Assembly (NCBI GenBank): GCA_963798085.1
Contig: CAWCRS010000005.1
Location: forward strand, 448,001-512,000
Direction: 5' to 3'
From: an uncultured Gemmatimonadales bacterium
GTDB taxonomy: Bacteria; Gemmatimonadota; Gemmatimonadetes; Longimicrobiales; RSA9
DNA length: 64,000 bases
Each line of letters starts with the position of its first letter. Position 1 is the first letter of the stretch. The position numbers and the translations under genes are program-made. Of this stretch, positions 31,782 through 41,827 are shown in pieces. The notes below the pieces were generated by a model. It was given only the letters and a program-made list of their open reading frames with translations, did no database searches and was not told the DNA's origin.

Positions 31782-33203
31782 ATGTCGACAGAGAAACGGC
31801 CACACGTCGTCATCATCGGCGGCGGTTTTGGCGGGCTGGCGTGTGCGCGTGCCCTGGCGCGGGCGCCCGTCCGCATCACGCTGTTCGACAAGCGCAACTT
31901 CCACCTGTTCCAGCCGCTGCTCTACGAGGTCGCGACGGCCACGCTGTCGCCGGCGGACATCACCACATCGTTGCGGCACGCCTTGCGCAAACAGCGCAAC
32001 GTCGAAGTGCACCTGGGCGAGGTGACGTCCATCAATGGGGCCGCGCAGGAAATCGATGTGCACGGCGAGCGCGTCGCGTACGACTACCTCGTTCTGGCAA
32101 CCGGGCTGCGCACGTCGTACTTCGGCCACGACGAGTGGGAAGCGCTGGCGCCCGGTCTCAAGACGGTGGAGGACGCGATCGAGATTCGTGCGCGCTTCCT
32201 CAATGCGTTCGAGCACGCGGAATGGGAGAAGGACGAGGAGACGCGCGCGCGGCTGCTGACATTCGTCGTCGTGGGTGGCGGCTCGACGGGGATGGAGCTG
32301 GCCGGCTCGATGGCGGGCATGGTGCGTGAGACGCTGCGCGGCGATTTCCGCAACATCGACACGAGCAAGGCGAAGATCGTGCTGGTGGAAGCGGCAGCGC
32401 AGGTGCTGCCGGGCTTCCCGCCGGATCTGGCGGCGAAGGCGAAACGGCAGATCGAGCGGCTCGGCGTCGAGGTGCGCCTCGGACAGCGCGTGACGGATGT
32501 CGACGCGCGCGGCATTCTGCTGGGTGACGAACGGATCGAAGCGGCGAACGTGTTCTGGGCGGCGGGCGTGACGGCGAATCCGCTGGGGCGCTCGCTGGGC
32601 GCGTCGCTGGATGCGTCGGGACGGGTGCATGTGCAGCGCGACTGCTCGGTGCCGGGACAGCCCGCTGTCTTCGTCATTGGCGACGTGGCGCATTTCGAGG
32701 AGAGCGGCCGCAACATCACGGGCGTCGCGCCGGCCGCGATCCAAATGGCGCATTTCGTGGCCCGGCAGATCGGCCGCGACATGCGGGGTCAAGCGCGCGG
32801 CGAGTTCCGTTATTTCGACAAGGGCACGGCCGCGACGATCGGTCGCGCCGCGGCCGTCGCACGCAGCGGTCGCCTGCGCATCAGTGGCTTCCCGGCGTGG
32901 CTGATCTGGGTGCTGCTGCACATCGTCTATCTCACCACGTTCCGCAACCGCCTTGCCGTGACGGCGCAATGGCTGGTGGCGTGGTTCGCGGGCAAGAAAG
33001 GCGTGCGGCTGATCACGGAGCACTGGCAGCCGGCGCACGGGAGCGAGGGGGGCGTTACGTGCGACGAAGCGACGGCGCAGCGGCCGGACCCGCAGCGGGA
33101 GCAGCGTCGCCTGTACGGACGGCACCGGACCGCGCTGCAACCGCGCGGTTCGGACGGGGACGGGGGCGCCACGCACAACGGTACGCACGCCGGGCGAGGG
33201 TAG
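31782..33203 (+). CDS. ndh: Type II NADH:quinone oxidoreductase family flavoprotein
   Basis: VIIGGGFGG, FQPLLYEVAT, VVGGGSTGMELAG, WAAGV, IGD, A.AAIQ, YFDKG. Confidence 0.85.
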   Translation: MSTEKRPHVVIIGGGFGGLACARALARAPVRITLFDKRNFHLFQPLLYEVATATLSPADITTSLRHALRKQRNVEVHLGEVTSINGAAQEIDVHGERVAYDYLVLATGLRTSYFGHDEWEALAPGLKTVEDAIEIRARFLNAFEHAEWEKDEETRARLLTFVVVGGGSTGMELAGSMAGMVRETLRGDFRNIDTSKAKIVLVEAAAQVLPGFPPDLAAKAKRQIERLGVEVRLGQRVTDVDARGILLGDERIEAANVFWAAGVTANPLGRSLGASLDASGRVHVQRDCSVPGQPAVFVIGDVAHFEESGRNITGVAPAAIQMAHFVARQIGRDMRGQARGEFRYFDKGTAATIGRAAAVARSGRLRISGFPAWLIWVLLHIVYLTTFRNRLAVTAQWLVAWFAGKKGVRLITEHWQPAHGSEGGVTCDEATAQRPDPQREQRRLYGRHRTALQPRGSDGDGGATHNGTHAGRG

Positions 33204-33341
33204 CGGTTTCGGTCGCGACCGCCTACCGTTCGATCGCTCCGGTCGGACAACTCCAGCACAGCCCGGCAACCCGCGGCGGTCTCGACAGAGCGCGGCTACG
33301 CGGGCGAGTTGCCCCTCCTTCCCCGAACCGCGGAGGGCATC

Positions 33342-33908
33342 ATGATTCCGGCGCAGATCGCAGTTTCGGTCCGGCACCACTCGTGGCTGTTCCTCCTGCG
33401 CGGCGTCGCCGCCATCGCCTTTGCTGTGCTGACCCTGCTCTGGCCGGGCGCGACACTGGTCGTGCTCATGGCATTCATCGCCGCGTACGCGCTGGTTGAT
33501 GGTGTGGTAACACTGCTGTTTGCGTCACGGCTGCGGCACACGTTCCCGCGCTGGTGGGTGCTGCTGCTGCAGGGCGCGATCAGCACGGCCTTCGGCGTGC
33601 TCGCTTTCATCCACCCGACGCTGTCGCTGCTCTACCTCGTGCTGTGCGTTTCGCTCTGGATGCTGCTGGCCAGCGTGGGGCAGTTCATGCTGGCGTCGGC
33701 GCAGAAGGCGATGGGCGCGCGCCACGGGCTGAGCATTGTCGGCGGCGTGCTGAGCCTGGCGCTGGCGATTGCGGCCGTCGTGTTCCCGGGCCTCACCGTA
33801 GCGACGGTGCTCGTGCTGGTCGCGTGGTTCGCGCTCATGATGGGCATCGTGCAGCTCATGGTGGCGTGGCGGGCGCACAACTTCGCGGGCGCACTCTCCG
33901 CTGCGTGA
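33342..33908 (+). CDS. HdeD/DUF308 membrane protein
   Basis: W.FLLRGVAAI.F..L...WPG, YALVDG, several TM helices. Confidence 0.8.
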   Translation: MIPAQIAVSVRHHSWLFLLRGVAAIAFAVLTLLWPGATLVVLMAFIAAYALVDGVVTLLFASRLRHTFPRWWVLLLQGAISTAFGVLAFIHPTLSLLYLVLCVSLWMLLASVGQFMLASAQKAMGARHGLSIVGGVLSLALAIAAVVFPGLTVATVLVLVAWFALMMGIVQLMVAWRAHNFAGALSAA

Positions 33909-33941
33909 CGCGCTGAGCTGAACGAGGGCGGCGCGCAGAGC

Positions 33942-35391
33942 TTGTCGACCACGAGCATCGTCCCGCTGGCCATTGTCATTGTCCACGGCGTGCTCGCGGT
34001 GGGCGTGTCCGGTCACATCGTGCTGACGAAGGAGGACGCGCGCGGCGCCATCAGCTGGGTGGGTCTGGTCTGGCTGACACCCGTGCTCGGCTCCGTGCTG
34101 TACGTCTCCTTCGGCATCAACCGGATCCGGCGGCGAGCCGGCCGCATGCGGCGTGACAATTCCCCGCCCGCGCTGCTCTCGCCGCCGCCTGCGGACGCGG
34201 CGGCGGCAGCCGCGTGGCTGCTGCCCGCGGTGTATCCGGCGCCGCTCCAGTCACTGGCCGCACTGGCAGGCGCGGTGTCGCGTCTGCCGCTGACGGCGGA
34301 GAACGCGCTCGAGCCGCTGCAGAACGGTGATGCCGCGTATCCGGCCATGCTCGCAGCCATTGATGGTGCGGCGCACAGTGTCGCCCTGATGACGTACATC
34401 TTCGACCGCGGCCAGGTGGCGGACTGGTTCACGGTGGCGCTGGAGCGGGCCGTCAAACGCGGCGTCAGGGTGCGCGTGCTGATCGACGGTGTGGGCTCGC
34501 GCTACAGCCGGCCACCCATGTGGAAGACGCTGCGCGCTCACGATATCGAGGTGGCGCTCTTCCTGCCCAGCCACATGCCCGTGCTGCAGCCGTACGTGAA
34601 TCTGCGCAATCACCGCAAGCTCATGGTGGTGGACGGGCGCACGGCCTTCTGCGGCGGTCTCAATGTGCGCGACGAATGCATGCTCGCGCTGCGCACGCGC
34701 GAGCCCACGCAGGACCTGCACTTCCGCATCACGGGGCCCGTGGTGCGCCAGCTGATGGCCACGTTCGCGTTCGACTGGAACTTCACGACGAGCGAGACAC
34801 TGGCGGGCGATATCTGGTTTCCCACCCTCTCCGCGGCGGGCGATGCGTGCGCCCGTGGTATTGCGGACGGACCGGACGAGGACTACGAAGCACTGCTGCT
34901 CGTGCTGCTGGGCGGGCTGGCAGCCGCGACGAAATCCGTGCGCGTGATGACACCGTATTTCCTGCCCGATCCGCCGCTGATCGACGCGCTGCGCGTGGCG
35001 GCGCTGCGCGGCGTGCGCGTGGAGATCGTGCTGCCATCGAAGGGCAACCTGCGCGCGGTGCAGTGGGCAGCGATGGGCCAGCTGGGCCAGGTGCTGCGCG
35101 GCGGCTGCACGGTGTACCTCACACCACCACCGTTCGACCACACGAAGCTCATGGTGGTGGATGGCCGTCTGGTCGCTGATCGGCTCCGCCAACTGGGACC
35201 CGCGCAGCCTGCGCCTCAACTTCGAGTACTGCGTCGAGAGCTACGGCGAGGCACTGGCCGCGCGCCTCGATGGGCTGATCAATGCGAAGATCGCGAACGC
35301 CCAGAAGCTCACGCTGGCGGAACTGGACGCCCGCAGCCTGGCGGTGAAGCTGCGCGACGGCGTGGCCAGGCTGGCGCAACCGTACCTGTGA
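33942..35391 (+). CDS. cls: Cardiolipin synthase (PLD family), apparent frameshift near 35165
   Basis: N-terminal TM pair, RNHRKLMVVDG and HTKLMVVDG HKD motifs, GSANWDPRSLRLNFE in the shifted frame. Confidence 0.85.
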
Positions 35392-35537
35392 TGCGGCGGC
35401 AGAAGCGCAGCGTACGCCAGATCGGCTGCCGGAGCGAACAGGACGTTGACCCGTATCGTCGCCTGCAGCAGTTTCAACGGATGACAGGCGACAATGGGTG
35501 TGTCACGTTGCACGCGCCACGAACCCGCGATTCCGTG

Positions 35538-36290
35538 ATGGTGGATGGCGCTGCGGCGGTGGGCCGGCGCGCATTCCTGCGACGGCTGGGCGCGGCGGCC
35601 GGCGGTCTGGCGGCGCTCGCACCGCTGCGCGCGCTGGCGGCACCGTTGTCCCGGGCCGGCAGTGGACCGGGCGCGTACGAGTTCGCGTTCGCGCGGCTGC
35701 GCTACGATTCCGGTGACTGGGATTACAATCCCAAGGTGTGCGCCAACGTGCTGGATGCGGTGCTGCAGTACACGCAGATCCCGGTGCACCAGCAGGAGGT
35801 GGTGATCACGGCGGATTCCGCCGAGCTGCAGGCATTTCCCTTTCTGTTCATGACCGGGCACAAGCTGGTGCGCTTCAGCGAGCGCGAGCGCGCGGGCCTG
35901 GTGCGCTTCGTCGACAACGGCGGCCTGCTGTTCTCCGACGATTGCAATCACGACGTGAACGGACTCTACGCGAAGTCGTTCGAGGCGGAGATGCGGCGCG
36001 CGTTCCCGGGCGACGATGGGATGCCGAAGATTCCCAATCAGCACGCGCTCTACCACGCGTTCTTCCGTTTTCCCGAGGGGCCGCCGCAGACCAGCCAGGA
36101 ACTGAATGGCTGGGGCGACGACATCATTCACGATTATCTGCGCGGCGTCGAGCGGCGCGGCCGCCTCGGGGTCATCTACTCGAACAAGGACTACGGCTGC
36201 GAGTGGGACTACGACTGGCGCAACAAGCGATTCCGCTCGCGGGACAACACGCGGTTCGCGGTGAACCTCGTCGTCTACGCGATGACGTAG
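35538..36290 (+). CDS. DUF4159-domain protein with Tat-like leader
   Basis: GRRAFL leader, FARLRYDSGDWD, FLFMTGH, DDCNHD, KDYGCEW. Confidence 0.75.
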   Translation: MVDGAAAVGRRAFLRRLGAAAGGLAALAPLRALAAPLSRAGSGPGAYEFAFARLRYDSGDWDYNPKVCANVLDAVLQYTQIPVHQQEVVITADSAELQAFPFLFMTGHKLVRFSERERAGLVRFVDNGGLLFSDDCNHDVNGLYAKSFEAEMRRAFPGDDGMPKIPNQHALYHAFFRFPEGPPQTSQELNGWGDDIIHDYLRGVERRGRLGVIYSNKDYGCEWDYDWRNKRFRSRDNTRFAVNLVVYAMT

Positions 36291-36293
36291 CGC

Positions 36294-36710
36294 AGCGGGC
36301 CGCCCGGTGGCCCCCGCGCGGATTCGACGCATTTCGCACACGGAGCCTTCCCCGCCTGCGGCATGCAGCGCGATCCCGACAAAAGCCCTTCGGCCGAATC
36401 CCATGGGGACGGCACGCCAGCCAAACCGACTGGTTCCATCCGGCATGCGGACAATGCAGCGTGAAATTCGCGCGCGCACACCTCCTCCGGAGAGGCCGAT
36501 GCCCGGCGTTTCGGCCGGGATCCGCCTGATCGCGCCGGCTTCATCCGGCCGCCCGGCGTGGCGCACGTTCGATCGCGCGGTCCTGATCCGCGCCGCACGG
36601 CTGGAGGCGCGATCGCTCGCCCGTTCTGCACTGAACGTCGGGCGGGTGGTGTCGGCGCAAATCCGCTCGGCACTCCTGCACCCCGCGGGGCTGTCAGGCA
36701 CGTGCCCGCT
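36294..36710. repeat. Degenerate nested fold-back intergenic element
   Basis: Ordered complementary blocks AGCGGGC, GCCCCGCG, GCGGATT, CCCGCC, TGCAG, GCGATC, CCAGCC pair from outside in. Confidence 0.4.
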
Positions 36711-36842
36711 CGTCTGGCCGACCTCTCCGGCAGCGCGTATGCTACACGGCGTTGGCCGCAGCCTCCCGTGCGCCCGTAACGGCTGCCTGGTCCATCGGTG
36801 GCAACACCCGCCGAGTGCAATCTGCTCAAGGAGTCACGTGTG

Positions 36843-39800
36843 ATGAACGCTGCACGCATGCGCCGCCCACGCTCGCTGCCCGCGGCCCTGGGGTTCGCCG
36901 TCCTGCTGTTCTCAGCGGCCGCACTGCCGGCGCAGCAGATGGTCACGGAGACGCGCGACCCGAAGCAGACAGCAGGACGACGATTTCGCGAAGGCGTACA
37001 CGGAATGGACGGGCGGGTCCGAGTACGGCAGCCCGCTCGTCGACCACCTGCCGACGCGTGGCGGGCATTCCCACGCCGAAGGACGTGCTGGGCTACTACA
37101 TCGGCGCGCCGCGCAAGCTGACATACTACGCGGACATCCTGAAGTACTACCGCGCGCTCGCCGCCGCGACGCCGCGCGTGAAGGTGGAGACGATCGGACA
37201 AGTCGGACGAAGGCCGCGAGCTGGTGGTGGTGTGGGTGTCGTCGGACGAGAACATTCAGGAACCTGTCGCAGAACCGCGCGAACCTGGCGAAGCTCGCGG
37301 ATCCGCGCGGCCTTTCGCGATGCGCAGATCAAGCAGCTGATCGCAGACGACGAAGCCGCACTACCATCTGATGGGCGGTCTGCACAGCGGCGAGACGGGC
37401 CCATCGGAAATGCTCATGGAGCTGGTCTACCGCCTGGCGACGAGACATCGCCGCTCATCACGCAGATCCGCAACAACGTGATCGTGTCGATGACGCCGGC
37501 GGCGGAGCCGGATGGCCGTGATCGCAACGTCGACTGGTTCTATCACGGTCTCGACTTCGAGGCGGAGCAGCGTGCGGCGGGCGCCGGTGCGGCGGACAGC
37601 GCGGCGAGCGATGTCGGCGGCGGCGGCGGCGGGCGAGGCGGACCGGGCGGGCGAGGCGGCGGTGTGGGCGGCCTGCCGTACTGGGGCAAGTACGTGTATC
37701 ACGACAACAACCGCGACATCAATCTCTCGCAGATCTCGATGCGCGCGATCACCGACTGGTACTTCACCGCGCACCCGCCGATCATGCACGACCTGCACGA
37801 GGCGCAGGCGCTGATGTACACGTACAGCGGCGGGCCGCCGCAGAATCCGAATCTCGATCCCGCTGCTCTTCGCCGAGCTTCCGTTCTTCTCGAACTGGGA
37901 GCTGGCGCAGATGACGAAGTGGGGCATGCCGGGCGTCTACACGCACGCGTTCATGGACGGCTGGTCACCCGGTTACCTCGGCTCCGTCGCGTACAACCAC
38001 AACGGCATGATGCGGATGTACGAGACGCAATCGGGCCGGGACCCGAATCCGGACTCGGTGGCGACGGCGGGACGCGGGCGCGGCGCGGGAGCGGCAGGAC
38101 TCGAGCTCGAGCGCGCGCGGTCGTGGCGCGGGCGCGGCTGACTCGGCGCTGCAGGCCGTGGTGGACGTGGCGGCAACGGCCGCGGACGCGGGCGAGGCGC
38201 AGGCGCCGGGAACGGCCGGGGCGCGGCGGCGGACAGCTCGCGCTAGCACGGGTGGTGGCGCGCGCGGGTCGCGGCGCGGGGACGGGACGTGGCGGGCCGC
38301 CCGACGGCTTCGGTCGTGGACGCGGCGGCGTTCCCGACGGGCCGTGGCGGCGGGCAGCCGCGCGAATGGTACCGCGGCATCCCCATTCCGCCCAACGCGG
38401 TGAACGAACTTCACCCGTCGCGACAACACGAACTACATGGAGACGGGCGTTCTGTCGGCGCTGCAGCTCACGTCGATGTTCCCGAACCTCGTGCTGCGAG
38501 AACTTCTACGTGAAGACGCGCAACTCGATCGAGGATGGGAAGACGAAGGCGCCGTACGGCTACGTGATTCCCGGTGCAGCGGGACATGACGCGCGCCGGT
38601 GGTGCTCGTCAACATCCTGCGGGCGCAGGGCATCGAGGTGGGGCAGCTCTCGTCGAATACGACGGTGGGCAGCGATACGCTGAAAGCGGGCTCCTACGTG
38701 ATCAAGCTGGACCAGCCGTACGGGCGGCTCGCGAAGAACCTGCTCGAGAAGCAGGACTATCCCGATCCCGCGCTGAGCACGTACGACGACAGCGGCTGGA
38801 CGATGGGCTTCGCCTTCAACGTCGACGTCAAGCAGATCGATGACAAGGCGATCCTCGACGTCCGCGTGACGCCGGTCAAGCAGGCGGAGTGGCACGGCAC
38901 GGGTGAGCGGCAACGGCAACGCCGGCATCGCGGTCGCGCACTACGGCTCGAACAACATGATCACGTTCCGCTACCGCCTGAAGAACGTGGCGATGAAGAT
39001 CGCGGAAGAGCCGTTCACGGCGGAGGGCGTCGACGTTCCCGGCGGGTTCGTTCATCGTGACCGGCTCGGCGGCGGATCTGCAGGCCGCGCGCGCGGCGGC
39101 GGAGACGCTCGGGCTGACGGCTGCAGCGCTCTCATCGTTGCCCACGGTGCCGACGCACGACGGCGATGTACCGCGCGTGGCCATCTACTCGCAGTGGAGC
39201 GGCACGCAGGAGCTGGGCTGGTACCGCCATGCCTTCGACCAGTTCGGCATCCCCTTCGACCTGATCTTCAAGGACCGCGTCGAGAAGGGCAACCTGAAGG
39301 CGGACTACGACGTGATCGTGATGGCGGCGCAGAACATTCAACCGGACGGGCGTGCTGGCGAAGCCCGCCGCGCATCCTCAGCCCTACCAGCAGAGCGACA
39401 AGTACAAGTTCCTGGGCATGTACGGCTCGACGCCCGACATGAGCGGCGGCTTCGGCGAGGCGGGCGTGGAAGCGTTCGGGAAGTTCCTCGGACCAGGGCG
39501 GCACGCTGATCGCCACCCTGCAGGCGGTGCGGTTCCCGATCGAGTTCGGCTTCGCGCACACCATCGACACGGAAGCGCCCACGGGCGTGAACGCGCAGAA
39601 GCCGCTGATCCAGGCGGAGATCAAGCGCACGGATCACCCGGTGTTCTACGGCTACGCAGGACAGGATCTTTCCCGATCAAGTTCGGGCAGGGCTCACAGG
39701 TCTTCCGTGTGGGCGTGGCCGATCAGGGCAACGTGCTCGCGGAGTACGTGGGCGGCGACGCGTCGGTGCTGAGCGGGCTCGATGGTGGGCGCGGACAATC

Positions 39801-40015
39801 TGCGCGGCAAGGCGTTCGCGGTGGATGTGCCCAGCGCGTACAACGGGCATGGGCGCGTGATGATGTTCGCGAACAACCCGATCTACCGCTGGCAGAACCA
39901 CGGCGAGTTCAACATGGTTTTCAACTCGATTCTGAACTGGAACGACGTGCCGGCGGCGCCGCCGCTGACGCCGGCGGCGACGGCGGGGCAGGCGGGGGGG
40001 CGGGGCGGGCGGTAG
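36843..40015 (+). CDS. Exported M14 zinc carboxypeptidase with C-terminal GATase-like domain, many apparent frameshifts
   Basis: Signal peptide, GLHSGE (HxxE), HDNNRD, HDLHE, YDDSGWT, PIYRWQNHGEF. Confidence 0.8.
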
Positions 40016-40018
40016 CAC

Positions 40019-40234
40019 CGGACCGTCTTGGCGTTCTTGGGTTTGGCACATTGCGCCATGACCCTGGACGTCGATGTCGGCCCGGCCAGAAACGCCCGGG
40101 TCCCGGCTCGCCATTGGAACCAGCTGACGTGGCGTTAGAATGGTCCGGGCGCACAATGCAGGGCCGTAGTGTGCCCCGGAGCGGTCCGGGGCATGGATGA
40201 ATCGGCCATAACCCAAGAACGCCAAGACGGTCCG
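40019..40234. repeat. 216-bp fold-back element with perfect 25-bp terminal inverted repeats
   Basis: CGGACCGTCTTGGCGTTCTTGGGTT (40019-40043) and its exact reverse complement (40210-40234); inner paired blocks. Confidence 0.85.
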
Positions 40235-40247
40235 ACGCCCAGACGGC

Positions 40248-41789
40248 CTACTTCACACCGCTGAGCAGACGATCCGTCAGCCGGTCCGACAGCGACTTCG
40301 CGTCCAGCGACGCATTGTTGGTCAGGACGATGATGGTCGCGTGGCGGGACGGAATGCGCACGAACGCGTTGCGCCTGCCCTCCGCGGTGCCGTAGGCACT
40401 CACGCGCTCCACGCCGCTGTAGCTATCTGCAGTCCAGCCACGTGCGCCGTCGAACTCGCCGTTAGTGCCGGCGCCGCCACCGCGGGCGAACGTGCGCGGG
40501 CTCTCCAGCCCGAGCGCCAGGCGATACAGCTCGTCCACGTCGGACATCACCTGCCCATCCTCCGTCGCGTTCGTCTTGTGCATGCCGATGGGGGTGGAGA
40601 CACGGCGGGTCACACAGCTCTGCAGCGGCGTGAGCGGCGGGCCGCCGCGTCCGCCCCGGCCTGCGCCGCGGCCCGTGCTGTCTCCCGGCGGGTTGCCCCG
40701 CGCGGGCGCTTCCGGCAGCTGCTCGCAGATGGACGAAAAGACGTCGCCTATCCTGCCCAGCGGAAACTGCGGCACGGTGGTGGTGGGCATGTACTTCGGC
40801 TGATCGGGAATCCCGTACGACCGGTCGATGAAGACCTTGCCGCCCTGTGCCACGAGCACGGTGGCGCCGCCGGCCGAGGCGTCGTTGTACTTGCGGAACA
40901 GCGAATCCACGAACGCCGGCTTGACGGGTGACTCATCCACGGCCCGGTGCATGACGTGACGCGTGGCCAGGTTGTAGCGGTCGCCGGGGTGCAGCGTCAG
41001 GAATGGCTTGTTAGCATCCGGCTGGTCATGGCCGCCGTACACGAACGCCTTGTTACGGCCGATGATGGTGGCGGTGTCGCCCTGCACCACCCAGGCGGTG
41101 CCTTCGTCCTCGGACATGCCCAGCAGCTGCGGGTATTTCGGCATGATGGAATCGGCGAGGTCGGGCAGGCGCTCACGCGCGACGACATGCTGGTCAATGC
41201 CCACGCCGCGCAGGTACGCGAAGCCCTTCTCGTAGCCCGGGTAGTCCATGATGAAGTTGTTGTTGGAGGGCGCGCCCCGCACCAGGAAATCGCCCAGGAT
41301 GGTGGCGCCCGCGGAGGAACCGGCGATCACGCCGCCACGTGCCAGCACATTGTTGAAGGCCTGTTCCGTCTTCGTGCCCGCGTAGGCATCGACAAGATGG
41401 TACTGCCGGCCACCCTCGAACCACACACCGCGCGCGCGCTTCAATACGGCAACGAACGCATTGCTGTCCGCGACCTTGCGATCAATCGTGTGCAGCACGA
41501 CCACATTGTGTGCACCGGCCTGTTTCCAGCCGCGCGAGCTGCCTGTCTCCTCGCCGTACACGGAGTCGCCGCCCGCCGTGGGCACATCGACGATGAGTGC
41601 GTCCGGACCGCCCGCCGCCTCAATGAACTTCGCGTAGATCTCCGGGCCCATCGAGCCGCCACCCACAACGATCACCGTGCCGTGCGCGGGCCCCACCCTG
41701 ATCGCGGAAGCCTGGCGTCCGCTGTTCTGCGCGCAGACACAAACGGGAAGTGCGAGAATCGCGGCGAGTGAGCGGAATGCGAGTGTCAT
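40248..41789 (-). CDS. Exported cyanophycinase (S51) fused to a reduced beta-lactamase-like domain
   Basis: VIVVGGG, PTAG, GGRQ, GSSAGA nucleophile, IDQH...RER; C-terminal remnant of a serine-hydrolase fold. Confidence 0.8.
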   Translation of the reverse strand: MTLAFRSLAAILALPVCVCAQNSGRQASAIRVGPAHGTVIVVGGGSMGPEIYAKFIEAAGGPDALIVDVPTAGGDSVYGEETGSSRGWKQAGAHNVVVLHTIDRKVADSNAFVAVLKRARGVWFEGGRQYHLVDAYAGTKTEQAFNNVLARGGVIAGSSAGATILGDFLVRGAPSNNNFIMDYPGYEKGFAYLRGVGIDQHVVARERLPDLADSIMPKYPQLLGMSEDEGTAWVVQGDTATIIGRNKAFVYGGHDQPDANKPFLTLHPGDRYNLATRHVMHRAVDESPVKPAFVDSLFRKYNDASAGGATVLVAQGGKVFIDRSYGIPDQPKYMPTTTVPQFPLGRIGDVFSSICEQLPEAPARGNPPGDSTGRGAGRGGRGGPPLTPLQSCVTRRVSTPIGMHKTNATEDGQVMSDVDELYRLALGLESPRTFARGGGAGTNGEFDGARGWTADSYSGVERVSAYGTAEGRRNAFVRIPSRHATIIVLTNNASLDAKSLSDRLTDRLLSGVK

Positions 41790-41827
41790 GGCTTCCTCGG
41801 CGGTTGTCGTGGGGCTGGGCGCTGCGC

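Noticed and set aside
33942..36290. 782-aa cardiolipin synthase-DUF4159 fusion in the ORF track
   Set aside because: A frameshift near 35165 diverts cls; its true C-terminus ends at 35391 and DUF4159 has its own leader
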